Assembly: GCA_016197155.1 (NCBI GenBank)
Contig: JACPWF010000015.1
Location: forward strand, 8,157-72,156
Length of the DNA: 64,000 nucleotides
Reading direction: 5' to 3'
From: Candidatus Omnitrophota bacterium
Lineage (GTDB): Bacteria > Omnitrophota > Gorgyraeia > 2-02-FULL-51-18
Both the position numbers and the translations under genes were made by a program. This document shows, piece after piece, positions 45,296-54,184 of the stretch (positions are counted from its first letter, which is position 1; each line of letters opens with the position of its first letter). Under the pieces are notes generated by a model. That model worked only from the letters and a program-made list of their open reading frames with translations. It searched no databases and had not been told where the DNA came from.

Positions 45296-47230
45296 TTGAG
45301 CCAATGGGAACTCAAGTCCATCGGCGGGCTCATGCGCCTGGTCGAATACAAAAAGGACGAGGTCGTTTACCGCGAAGGCGCCGAAGGCGGAAATTTTTAC
45401 ATCATCGTCTCGGGCCGGTTTGAGGCCTTTTCCTCCTCCGCCGGCCGGCAAAAAACGCTCGCGTATCTGCGGCGCGGGGATTATTTCGGCGAGATGTCGC
45501 TTTTGTCGAGCGAACCCCACTCGGCGACTTTGCGCGCGCTCTCCGATTCGATTCTTCTCGAATTAAAAAAAGAAGACTTCAAAAAAACCATCGAACACAA
45601 CGCCACCGTGGCGCTGGAACTCGGCCGCAGGCTGAGCTCCCGCCTCCGGGGCGGCGGCTCGCGCACCCTTTTTAAGAACGACGTGATCGGCGTTTTGGAT
45701 CGTCCGCAGTGGGCGGGGGCGGAGGCGTTTTCGTTTCGTTTGGCCGCCGACCTTTTTCGCGAAACCCATCAGAAAACCATCCTGCTCGATCTGCGCCTCG
45801 ATGCGGCCTCTCCGGCCGACCCTTCTCTAAAGGCCGTGTCCTTCAGGAATCTTCAAAATATTGAAAACGCGCCTCCCGAACTGCTTTCGCCGAACCTTGT
45901 CGCGCATCCGGCCGGTTTTCAGGTGCTCACCATTCTCCGGGACGGAAAGGATTCCTTTCGGGAGGAGGGGATCCCTTTGATTTTCAACCATCTGGCGATG
46001 GAGCACCGCTTCATCGTGGTCTGCCTGCCGCGCGTTTTGGACGAGACCGCCATGAAAGTGTTCACCCAATCGGATTCCATTTACGTCGTGACCGACAGCG
46101 ATCTGTCCAATATCAACGAAACCAAGGAGATGCTCGCGGACATCGAGAAGGCCTCCTCGCTGTCGGCGGATAAAATATCGGTGGTCATCCACGAAGTGCT
46201 TTTGGGGATGCGCACGACCCGCAGTGTTCGAAAGGAATTGTTCGGCGACAAGCCCTGCTTTTCGCTTCCCCCCGTTCAGGATGAAGAGCACGCGCGTGTC
46301 GTGCGCTACATCGCGCGGAAGGTGAGCAACTCCCTTGTGGGTCTGGCGCTGGGCAGTGGCGCCGCGCTCGGACTCGCGCACATCGGCGTTTTGAAAGCGC
46401 TCGAACGGGAAAAAATTCAGGTCGACATGATCGCCGGCTCGAGCATTGGCGCCCTCATCGGCGCCCTATACGCGGTCGGCCTCTCGGCCGGTCAGGTCGA
46501 GCAGGCGGCGCTCGAGATCAACAGCCCCTTTCGCATCATGCGGCTCATGGACCCCAGCCTCTGGCCTTTTCACGGGCTCATCCGCGGCCGGAAGGTGATC
46601 CGCCATTTCCGCTCCCATTTGGGAAATAAAACCTTCGAGGAATGTCGCATCCCGCTTCGCATCGTCGGCGCGAATCTTTCCCGGCGGTGCGCGCAGGTTT
46701 TTGAATCGGGTCTCATCGCGGACGCGGTGCGGACCTCGATCGCGATCCCCGCGATCTTCACGCCGGTTTTCATGAATAAAGAAGTGATTGTGGACGGAGG
46801 CATCCTGAGCCCCTTGCCCGTGCGCGTCCTGCACGAGGCCGGCGCCCACAAGGTGATCGCGGTGAATGTTTTTCCCACCGCCAAAGACGCGCTGGAAAGG
46901 CGTCTTTTTCTCGGGGAGGTCGAGGAGAAAGAGACGCTTGCCGCGCGGCGGAAAAATTGGTTCGGCCGGAACTGGTTCTTCGTCAAAAAGTTTTTTGCGC
47001 GGAAATTTTCGGCCAATATTTTCGACGTGCTCATGAACACCATTCAAACCATGGAATCCGAGATCGCCGAGGTCGAATCGGAGTCCGCGGACCTGGTTCT
47101 GCGCCCGGTGCTGGCGAACGCCAACTGGGTCGAGTTTTTCCGGCCGAGTATTTTCATCAAAAAAGGGGAAGAGGAGACGATGAAAATGCTTCCGAAAATC
47201 AAAGCGCTTGTGTCTCAACAAAATGTCTGA
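45296..47230 (+). CDS. Cyclic-nucleotide-binding-domain plus patatin-like phospholipase fusion protein.
   Basis: N-terminal CAP-type cNMP domain (GGNFYIIVSGRFEAF...RRGDYFGEMSLL). Patatin domain with GSGAALGLAHIGVLKAL oxyanion motif, GSSIG nucleophile elbow and DGG. No canonical start codon precedes the conserved N-terminus, so the true start lies between ~45245 and 45296. Confidence 0.75.
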   Translation: MSQWELKSIGGLMRLVEYKKDEVVYREGAEGGNFYIIVSGRFEAFSSSAGRQKTLAYLRRGDYFGEMSLLSSEPHSATLRALSDSILLELKKEDFKKTIEHNATVALELGRRLSSRLRGGGSRTLFKNDVIGVLDRPQWAGAEAFSFRLAADLFRETHQKTILLDLRLDAASPADPSLKAVSFRNLQNIENAPPELLSPNLVAHPAGFQVLTILRDGKDSFREEGIPLIFNHLAMEHRFIVVCLPRVLDETAMKVFTQSDSIYVVTDSDLSNINETKEMLADIEKASSLSADKISVVIHEVLLGMRTTRSVRKELFGDKPCFSLPPVQDEEHARVVRYIARKVSNSLVGLALGSGAALGLAHIGVLKALEREKIQVDMIAGSSIGALIGALYAVGLSAGQVEQAALEINSPFRIMRLMDPSLWPFHGLIRGRKVIRHFRSHLGNKTFEECRIPLRIVGANLSRRCAQVFESGLIADAVRTSIAIPAIFTPVFMNKEVIVDGGILSPLPVRVLHEAGAHKVIAVNVFPTAKDALERRLFLGEVEEKETLAARRKNWFGRNWFFVKKFFARKFSANIFDVLMNTIQTMESEIAEVESESADLVLRPVLANANWVEFFRPSIFIKKGEEETMKMLPKIKALVSQQNV

Positions 47231-47242
47231 TAAATTGAGAAG

Positions 47243-48442
47243 ATGATGAGTTCTGAGATCGTAATCGTCGACGGTGTCCGCACCGCTCAAGGCGCCCTCG
47301 GCGGGGGCCTGCGCGAATTGCCGGCTCAAAAACTCGGCGAGACCGTTGTCCGCGCGCTTCTCGAGCGCACGCGTCTGGATGCCTCGAAAATCGATGAAGT
47401 GATTTTCGGCTGTGTCGGCCAATCGAGCGACGCCCCCAACATCGCGCGCGTCATTTCCCTCATGGCCGGGGTTCCCAAAACCGTTCCCGGCTACACCGTC
47501 GCGCGGAACTGCGCGTCAGGTATTCAATCCATTGTCAACGCCTGCCAGAATATTTTATCCGGAGACGCCGATGTTCAGATTGCCGGCGGCGCCGAATCGA
47601 TGTCTTCCCAGCCCTATTTAAGCCGCGACCTGCGTTTCGGCCGTCGCCTGCGGAATTCCGAAATGGTGGACTCCCTGTGGGAAGGGCTCACCGATCCCAT
47701 CTGCGGCCAGCTCATGGGACGCACCGCGGAAAACCTGGTCGAGGAATTTAAAATCACCCGCGAGGCCCAGGACGCGTACGCGGTTGCTAGCCACCAAAAA
47801 GCCTTTCGGGCCGCCCGCGAGGGAAAGTTTAAGGAAGAGATCGTCCCCGTTTCCGTTCCCAAAAAAGCCGCCGGCCGGCAGATGCCGCCCGAAATCGTCA
47901 CGCAGGACGAAGGGGTGAATCCCGCCCTAAACGAACAGACCCTCGCGCTTTATCCGCCCCTCTTTAAGGAAGGGGGCACGGTCACCGCCGGAAATTCCTG
48001 CGGCATCGCCGATGGCGCGGCCGCACTTTTAATCATGTCCCGCAAAAAAGCCGATGCGCTTGGTTTCAAAGAAGTCCTCGGGACGATCCGCGCCTACGCA
48101 TTCGGGGGAGTGGAACCGCAGAGGATGGGCATCGGCCCGACGGTCGCGATTCCGCTCGCGCTTAAAAAAGCGGGCCTTTCATTAAAAGACATTTCACTCA
48201 TTGAATTGAACGAGGCGTTCGCCGCGCAGGTGATCGCCTGCGAAAAAATACTGGGCCTGGACCGGAATATTTTGAATGTGAACGGCGGCGCGGTCGCGAT
48301 CGGCCATCCGGTCGGGATGACGGGCGCGCGCATCACGCTCGCGCTTTTGAATGAAATGAAAAGAAGAAAATTGAAATACGGCCTGGCCTCTTTGTGCGTC
48401 GGCGGCGGGCAGGGCGCGGCGCTGGTCCTGGAGAGAAAATAG
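47243..48442 (+). CDS. Acetyl-CoA C-acetyltransferase (thiolase).
   Basis: VIFGCVGQSS...ARNCASGIQSI...NVNGGAVAIGHPVGMTGARI...LCVGGGQGAA. Confidence 0.85.
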   Translation: MMSSEIVIVDGVRTAQGALGGGLRELPAQKLGETVVRALLERTRLDASKIDEVIFGCVGQSSDAPNIARVISLMAGVPKTVPGYTVARNCASGIQSIVNACQNILSGDADVQIAGGAESMSSQPYLSRDLRFGRRLRNSEMVDSLWEGLTDPICGQLMGRTAENLVEEFKITREAQDAYAVASHQKAFRAAREGKFKEEIVPVSVPKKAAGRQMPPEIVTQDEGVNPALNEQTLALYPPLFKEGGTVTAGNSCGIADGAAALLIMSRKKADALGFKEVLGTIRAYAFGGVEPQRMGIGPTVAIPLALKKAGLSLKDISLIELNEAFAAQVIACEKILGLDRNILNVNGGAVAIGHPVGMTGARITLALLNEMKRRKLKYGLASLCVGGGQGAALVLERK

Positions 48443-49659
48443 TGTTCATCTACAAGGCCGCCGTGGTCGGCGGCGGCGCGATGGGGGCCGGCATCGCCCA
48501 GGTGATCAGCTATTCGGGACTGCCGGTGATTTTGAAAGAAACAAGCGACGAGCTCGCCGAAAAAGCGCTGTCCCATATTCGAAAAATCTATCAGGCGCGC
48601 GTGGACAAGGGCAAGATGACCGCCCAGGAACTCGAGACAAAAATGGCGCTTGTGAGCGTCACCGCCCGCATCGAGGATTTGAAAGAAGCCGATATCGTCA
48701 TCGAGGCGGTGCCCGAAAAACTGGATCTAAAGAAAAAAGTTTTCGGGGAACTCGACGCGATTTTACCCGAAGGGTCCATCTTGGCCAGCAACACCTCGGC
48801 CCTTTCCATCAGCGCCCTCGGCGCGGCCACGCGGCGGCCCGACAAAGTGGTGGGCATCCATTTTTTTTATCCCGCCCACGTCATGAAACTCATCGAAGTC
48901 ATCCCGGGCCTGGCCACGTCGGAGGAAACGGTGAACGACGCCTCCGCCTTTTGCGAGACCTTGAGAAAGCTGCCCGTCCGCGTGAACGAATGCGCGGGGT
49001 TTCTCGTGAACCGTCTTCTCATGCCGTACCTGAACGAGGCGGCGTTCTGTGTCGAGGAGGGGAGCGCCGATTTTAAGGAAATCGACAAGGCGATGGTCGA
49101 GTTTGGTTTTCCGATGGGGCCTTTTATTCTGGTGGACACGATTGGTCTCGACATCTGCCACGACGTGGCGGGAGTTTTACTTGAGGAGTACGGCGCACGC
49201 ATGAGGCCCTCGCGGCTTTGGGAAGAAATTTATTCCAAAGGCCGGTACGGGGTGAAGTCCGGGAGCGGATTCTACGATTATTCCGCCGCGGCGGGGGACA
49301 AAACGGTCGAGGAGGCCGTCAAAAAACTGCGCGCCCAGGCCCCGGCCAAAAAAGCGCCGTTTTCCCAGAAGCGGCTTCTTTTAGCCATGATCAACGAGGC
49401 CGCGCTCTGCATTCAGGAACACGTCTCGTCCCCGGGCGACATCGACGTGGCGGTGCTGGCGGGGATCGGGTTTCCTCAAAATAAAGGCGGGGTTCTCCAA
49501 TACGCCGACGAGATCGGGGTGGATGTGATTTTACGGGAATTAAACACCCTTTGCGGGGTTTACGGCGAGCGGTTTTTTCCGGCGCCGCTCATTAAACGGA
49601 TGGTGAAGGCCGGTTTTCTGGGCAAAAAAACAAAACGGGGATTTTTGGAACATGCCTGA
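48442..49659 (+). CDS. 3-hydroxyacyl-CoA dehydrogenase.
   Basis: AVVGGGAMGAGIAQV Rossmann N-terminus, plus C-terminal 3HCDH domain. GTG start overlapping the thiolase stop. Confidence 0.8.
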   Translation: MFIYKAAVVGGGAMGAGIAQVISYSGLPVILKETSDELAEKALSHIRKIYQARVDKGKMTAQELETKMALVSVTARIEDLKEADIVIEAVPEKLDLKKKVFGELDAILPEGSILASNTSALSISALGAATRRPDKVVGIHFFYPAHVMKLIEVIPGLATSEETVNDASAFCETLRKLPVRVNECAGFLVNRLLMPYLNEAAFCVEEGSADFKEIDKAMVEFGFPMGPFILVDTIGLDICHDVAGVLLEEYGARMRPSRLWEEIYSKGRYGVKSGSGFYDYSAAAGDKTVEEAVKKLRAQAPAKKAPFSQKRLLLAMINEAALCIQEHVSSPGDIDVAVLAGIGFPQNKGGVLQYADEIGVDVILRELNTLCGVYGERFFPAPLIKRMVKAGFLGKKTKRGFLEHA

Positions 49660-50437
49660 TTATCAATTTTTGAATTTATCCATTGAAGAGGGGATCGGGT
49701 TTGTCAAAATAAACCGCCCGCCGGTGAACGCGCTCGGCCGCGGGTTTTTGGATGAGCTCGACCGGTTGATTGACGAGGCCGCCGCGGACAAGCGGATCAA
49801 GGTTTTGATTTTCGCAAGCGCCATCCCGAACGTCTTCATCGCCGGCGTGGATTTAAAGGAAATGGCCGAGCTTTCGACCCCCGACGAAATTTTAAAAGTG
49901 GTCCGCCGCGGACAGGAGGTTTTTAACAAGCTGGAAAATTGCCAAAAACCGGTGATCGCCGCGATCCAGGGCGCCTGCGTCGGCGGCGGGCAGGAATTTG
50001 TGATGGCCTGCCACATCCGCATCGCCTCGGACCGCACGCGCTTCGCCCAGCCCGAGATCACGCTCGGCATCATTCCCGGATTCGGCGGCAGTCAGCGCCT
50101 GCCGCGCATTGTCGGCGCCGCGCGGGCGACTGAGCTCATTCTCACGGGCGACCTCTTGACGCCGCAGGAGGCCTTTCGGATGGGCTTGGTGAATCACGTG
50201 GTGTCGGACGGGGCGCTTCTCAAGACCGCCCGCGAAATCGCCAAAAAAATCGCGCGCCACGGGCTCCCGGCGATCCATGCGGCGATGCGCGCGATCGGCC
50301 GGGGACTCGACCTGCCGTTGGCCGAAGGCCTGAAGGCCGAGGCCGAAGAATTTAAATCCATCGCGGCGACCCGCGACATGCAGGAAGGCATCAAGGCCTT
50401 TCTCGAAAAGCGCCAGCCCAAATTCACCGACAGCTAA
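49652..50437 (+). CDS. Enoyl-CoA hydratase (crotonase family).
   Basis: FIAGVDLKEM...AAIQGACVGGGQEFVMACHIRIAS...AQPEITLGIIPGFGGSQRL. Confidence 0.8.
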   Translation: MPDYQFLNLSIEEGIGFVKINRPPVNALGRGFLDELDRLIDEAAADKRIKVLIFASAIPNVFIAGVDLKEMAELSTPDEILKVVRRGQEVFNKLENCQKPVIAAIQGACVGGGQEFVMACHIRIASDRTRFAQPEITLGIIPGFGGSQRLPRIVGAARATELILTGDLLTPQEAFRMGLVNHVVSDGALLKTAREIAKKIARHGLPAIHAAMRAIGRGLDLPLAEGLKAEAEEFKSIAATRDMQEGIKAFLEKRQPKFTDS

Positions 50438-52210
50438 ATGAGTGGTGTCCCCGCCAACCTCGCTCTTTTATTCGAAGAAACCGTCCGGCAATTTCCCGAC
50501 AAACAGGCCTTTCTCTTTAAACAAAGCGGCCGCTACGAGGCCCTCACGTGGAGCCAGGCCGCCGGAAAAGTTCGCGCGGTAGCTTCGGCGCTTTTGCGTC
50601 TGGGCGTGAAATCAGGCGACCGCCTGGCCATCCTTTCTGAAAATCGCCCCGAGTGGGCCATTTTTGATCTGGCCGTTTTGAGTATCGGCGCGGCGACCGT
50701 TCCCATTTACACGTCGCTGACTTCGTCCGAGATCCAGTACATTCTCTCCGATGCGGGCGTTCACGCGATCGCCGTTTCCAATAAATCCCTGCTCGAAAAG
50801 ATCGTTCCTATTCACCGGTCCCTCCCGGCGCTTCGCCGCGTCGTGATCTTTGAGGCCGCCGCGGCCGTGTCCGGAGGGGAACTTGCGATCCCCGTTTCGT
50901 TGATGACGGAATGGGAAAAAGAAAATCCCGATCCCGGCCTTCCGCGCGCGCGCGGCGCCGTGGAGGCCGACGCCATCGCCAGCGTCATCTACACCTACGG
51001 CACGACGGGCGAACCCAAAGGGGTCCTTCTCACGCACGACAATTTTATCCAGAACCTTCTCATGTGCCGCACGGCCCTTCGGATGGGGCCGTCCGACGTT
51101 CACCTGTCTTTTTTACCGCTCTCGCACGTGTTTGAGCGCCTGGCGGGTTATTATCTGATGGTCCACATCGGCGCGACGATCGGTTACGCCGAAAACATGG
51201 ACACTGTTTCCGGGGATCTGGCCCGGGTGCGGCCCACGTTCATTTTGGGCGTGCCGCGTTTCTTCGAAAAAATCCGCGCGCGCGTCCTCGAAGCCGTCGA
51301 AAAGGCCGGCCCCGTCCGCAAGGCGCTTTTCTTTTGGGCGCGGGATTTAAAGAAAAAGAAAGGCCCTTTTTTCAAATTAAAACACGCGATCGCCACGGCC
51401 CTCGTTTATAAAAAATTTAAAGGCCGCCTCGGCGGGCGCGTGCGGTTTTGCGTGTCGGGCGGCGCGCCGCTGGCCAAGGAGATCGCCGAGTTTTTTTATG
51501 ACTTGGACGTCCTGATTTACGAAGGCTACGGCCTCACGGAGACCTCGCCCGTCATCAGCGCCAACCGCGAGGATCGTTTCAAATTCGGAACGGTGGGGAT
51601 CCCGCTCGAGGGCGTGCGCGTGCGGATCGCCGAAGACGGTGAAATTTTGACCGAGGGCCCCTGCGTCATGAAAGGGTATCTGAATAAACTGCAGGAAACC
51701 GCGGACGTTTTAAAAGACGGCTGGTTTCACACGGGCGACCTCGGCCTCATCGACCCGGACGGATTTTTGACGATCACCGGCAGAAAAAAAGACCTCATTG
51801 TCACCTCGGGCGGCAAGAAGGTCGCGCCGCGTCCGATCGAGGAGCTTCTGGAAAGCGACCCCTTCATCCGCCGCTGTGTCCTTTTTGGGGAGGGAAGGCG
51901 ATTCATCACGGCCCTCATCGTCCCGGACCCCGAGCGCGTTCGGGAATACGCCCAAACCCAAAAGATTGCTTTCAAAACGTACCAGGATCTTCTGAAAGAT
52001 GAAAAGATTTATTCGTTCCTCGAACAGCGCCTCGAAAATTTATCCGCGCATCTGGCGAATTTCGAGAAGATCAAATATTTCGCGCTTCTCGAATTTGATT
52101 TTTCTCAAGACTCGGGGGAACTCACCCCCACGCTCAAGGTGAAGCGCGACGCGGTCCTGTCGCGCCACAAGGATCTCCTCCTCCCGTTTTACGAAAGGGA
52201 AAACCCCTGA
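50438..52210 (+). CDS. Long-chain-fatty-acid--CoA ligase (AMP-binding).
   Basis: YTYGTTGEPKGVLLTH AMP-binding motif, 590 aa. Confidence 0.8.
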   Translation: MSGVPANLALLFEETVRQFPDKQAFLFKQSGRYEALTWSQAAGKVRAVASALLRLGVKSGDRLAILSENRPEWAIFDLAVLSIGAATVPIYTSLTSSEIQYILSDAGVHAIAVSNKSLLEKIVPIHRSLPALRRVVIFEAAAAVSGGELAIPVSLMTEWEKENPDPGLPRARGAVEADAIASVIYTYGTTGEPKGVLLTHDNFIQNLLMCRTALRMGPSDVHLSFLPLSHVFERLAGYYLMVHIGATIGYAENMDTVSGDLARVRPTFILGVPRFFEKIRARVLEAVEKAGPVRKALFFWARDLKKKKGPFFKLKHAIATALVYKKFKGRLGGRVRFCVSGGAPLAKEIAEFFYDLDVLIYEGYGLTETSPVISANREDRFKFGTVGIPLEGVRVRIAEDGEILTEGPCVMKGYLNKLQETADVLKDGWFHTGDLGLIDPDGFLTITGRKKDLIVTSGGKKVAPRPIEELLESDPFIRRCVLFGEGRRFITALIVPDPERVREYAQTQKIAFKTYQDLLKDEKIYSFLEQRLENLSAHLANFEKIKYFALLEFDFSQDSGELTPTLKVKRDAVLSRHKDLLLPFYERENP

Positions 52211-52281
52211 CAGAATCTTCCTGGGAAGGCCACCGGTTTCTCTCGTTCGACGAGACGCCCATCTACTACCGCTACCGGAAA

Positions 52282-53064
52282 TTGGAAAAGGGGCGAAAGG
52301 GGCTCGTCCTCATCGTTCACGGAATGGGGGAGTACGGCGGCCGCTACGCGCATGTGGCCGAATATTTCGCGGGCCTGGGTTTCGAGAGCGCGGCAATCGA
52401 CCAGCGGGGTTTCGGCCAAAGCGGGGGAGCGCGGGGCTGTGTCCGCCGGTTCTCGGATTTTCACAGGGATTTGGGCGCCCTTCACGGCCTTTTTTATAGA
52501 CGGGAAAACGGGTTGCCGGTTTTTCTTCTAGGCCACAGTTTTGGCGGCCTTGTCAGCGCTTCTTACGCGGCGTTTTGCGAGCACCCCCCTTTAAAGGGGC
52601 TCATTCTTTCGTCTCCTTTTTTTGGGATCGCCGCTCGCGTGCCGCTCTGGCGGAATCTTTTGGCGGCTATCACCGCGCGTGTCTGGCCGAATTTCACCCA
52701 GCCGACCTCCATTGATTATCTGAAGCTCACCCACGACAGGGGCATGCTTGAAAAATACAAGGACGACCCCTACATTTATCACCGCATCAGCGCCGGTTTT
52801 TACATTGAGCTTACCCGGATGTTCAGGCGCCAGGCCGAAATGGCCCAAAAACTCCGCGTCCCGCTTCTGGTTTTGCAGGCGGGGGACGACGCGCTGGTGA
52901 GGAAGGACAAGGCCCTCCTTTTTTACGAAGAGGCCGCCTCCCCCGATAAAGAGCTGGAAGTTTATGAAGGGTTTTATCACGAGATCCTGAACGAGACCGG
53001 CCGCCGGCGTGTCCTGGACCGCATAGGGGCCTGGACCCTAACGCATTTGCCGGTAAAGGGATAA
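52282..53064 (+). CDS. Alpha/beta hydrolase (lysophospholipase/monoacylglycerol-lipase-like).
   Basis: LVLIVHGMGEYGGRY...LLGHSFGG nucleophile elbow. Homology continues upstream to ~52207 without an ATG/GTG/TTG, so the start is uncertain. Confidence 0.7.
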   Translation: MEKGRKGLVLIVHGMGEYGGRYAHVAEYFAGLGFESAAIDQRGFGQSGGARGCVRRFSDFHRDLGALHGLFYRRENGLPVFLLGHSFGGLVSASYAAFCEHPPLKGLILSSPFFGIAARVPLWRNLLAAITARVWPNFTQPTSIDYLKLTHDRGMLEKYKDDPYIYHRISAGFYIELTRMFRRQAEMAQKLRVPLLVLQAGDDALVRKDKALLFYEEAASPDKELEVYEGFYHEILNETGRRRVLDRIGAWTLTHLPVKG

Positions 53065-53151
53065 GCGGGTTAAGCATATTTGTCACCCCCTTTATCTGGG
53101 TTCAAGGGGAGGGTATACTTGAACTAGAGGTAAAAAGTTCGTCAGGGGGTG

Positions 53152-53298
53152 ATGGCGATGTTTAGACACGATATTCTAACAGGCCTATTGATCGGAGTGA
53201 TTCTCGGGCTAGTTTTTACGGCTCAGCTTGCTCCGCATCTGGCCGTGATCGTATTTCTGGCCGTCCTTTTCGGGGCCAGGATGATCGACCTAAAATAA
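53152..53298 (+). CDS. Possible 48-aa hydrophobic mini-protein.
   Basis: GGGGGTGAT SD-like then ATG. MAMFRHDILTGLLIGVILGLVFTAQLAPHLAVIVFLAVLFGARMIDLK. Lies in a 438-nt intergenic gap. Confidence 0.25.
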   Translation: MAMFRHDILTGLLIGVILGLVFTAQLAPHLAVIVFLAVLFGARMIDLK

Positions 53299-53404
53299 CA
53301 GGCGGTCGTTAGCGTTTCCGCCTTTTTTCGCGCGCTCTAATGGCGCACGGGAAAGGGCGGTTTTTTGTTGATATTTTCCCGCGATTTGTTTATGATTCGA
53401 GCCA

Positions 53405-53506
53405 TGCCTTTCTTTTCCTTTTTTAACCCCAACCGCGAGACCTTCCTGGGGGTTGTCCTGGGAATATTTCTCGTCGCGCTCGTCAGGGCGGCCTTGCGTT
53501 TTTGAG
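53405..53506 (+). CDS. Possible 33-aa hydrophobic mini-protein.
   Basis: MPFFSFFNPNRETFLGVVLGIFLVALVRAALRF. Overlaps the start of the downstream M23 gene. Confidence 0.2.
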
Positions 53507-54035
53507 GCCCTGGTTTTTGGCGGGCCTTTTTTTCTTTGGCCTCCTCCCTCTTCTGGCCCGTCTGGAAGACGGGTATTATTCCCGCAAAGAGCCCTATTTT
53601 GGGTACCCGGTTTCGGCGGCGGCCGACGGTTCCGTAAGGCTTCGGAATGACGATTACGGAGACGGTTATTTTGGCGCCTCCCGGAATGGCGGGCGCCGGC
53701 ACGAGGGCATAGACTTCCTGGCGGCCTCGGGCGACCCCATCTACGCCTCAAAGAGCGGGCGGGTGACTCATTCGGCCTTTGAAAAGGGTTACGGCCAATA
53801 CATCGAACTTTTCCATCCGGACGGCCTTTACACCCGCTATGCCCATTTATCACAACTCCTTTTAAGAGAAGGGGATTGGGTAAAAAATGGACAGGTCATT
53901 GGCCTGGCCGGAAAGAGCGGGAATGCCAGAAACGCCAAGATCCTCCCTCATCTTCACTTTGAGATACGGGACAATAAGCAGGCCCTCGATCCCACAAAAG
54001 GCCTCCTAGACCCCGCCATTCAGCTCTCCTTGTAA
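53502..54035 (+). CDS. M23-family peptidase.
   Basis: HEGIDFLA...GYGQYIELFHPDGLYTRYAHLS...GNARNAKILPHLHFEI LytM-type motifs. TTG start. Confidence 0.7.
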   Translation: MRPWFLAGLFFFGLLPLLARLEDGYYSRKEPYFGYPVSAAADGSVRLRNDDYGDGYFGASRNGGRRHEGIDFLAASGDPIYASKSGRVTHSAFEKGYGQYIELFHPDGLYTRYAHLSQLLLREGDWVKNGQVIGLAGKSGNARNAKILPHLHFEIRDNKQALDPTKGLLDPAIQLSL

Positions 54036-54054
54036 ATCAGTCTAGGTCGCGCGC

Positions 54055-54092
54055 CGGGGACTGTCCCTTTTTGGTCAAAAAGGGACAGTCCC
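54055..54092. terminator. Perfect 38-nt palindrome (18-bp arms) containing nested GGGAC-N-GTCCC units and an internal T5/A5. Likely an intrinsic terminator.
   Basis: GGGGACTGTCCCTTTTTG-GT-CAAAAAGGGACAGTCCCC read directly from sequence, 20 nt after the M23 stop. Confidence 0.5.
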
Positions 54093-54107
54093 CAACCATG
54101 TGCCAAC

Positions 54108-54136
54108 TTGAAAATTGATGTTTTATCCTGTAAACT
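54108..54136 (+). promoter_or_regulatory. Putative promoter (TTGAAA - 17 nt - TAAACT) within an AT-rich, SD-less leader.
   Basis: Strongly AT-rich 150-nt region contrasting with the GC-rich flanks. No GGAGG before ATG 54185. Confidence 0.3.
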
Positions 54137-54184
54137 TATTATAGTTATTTAATAAGAGTTAAACTTAATTAAGAATAATAAATT

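Noticed and set aside
53290-53853. 187-aa minus-strand Arg-rich ORF.
   Set aside because: Antisense to the M23 peptidase and the intergenic region. Composition-driven.
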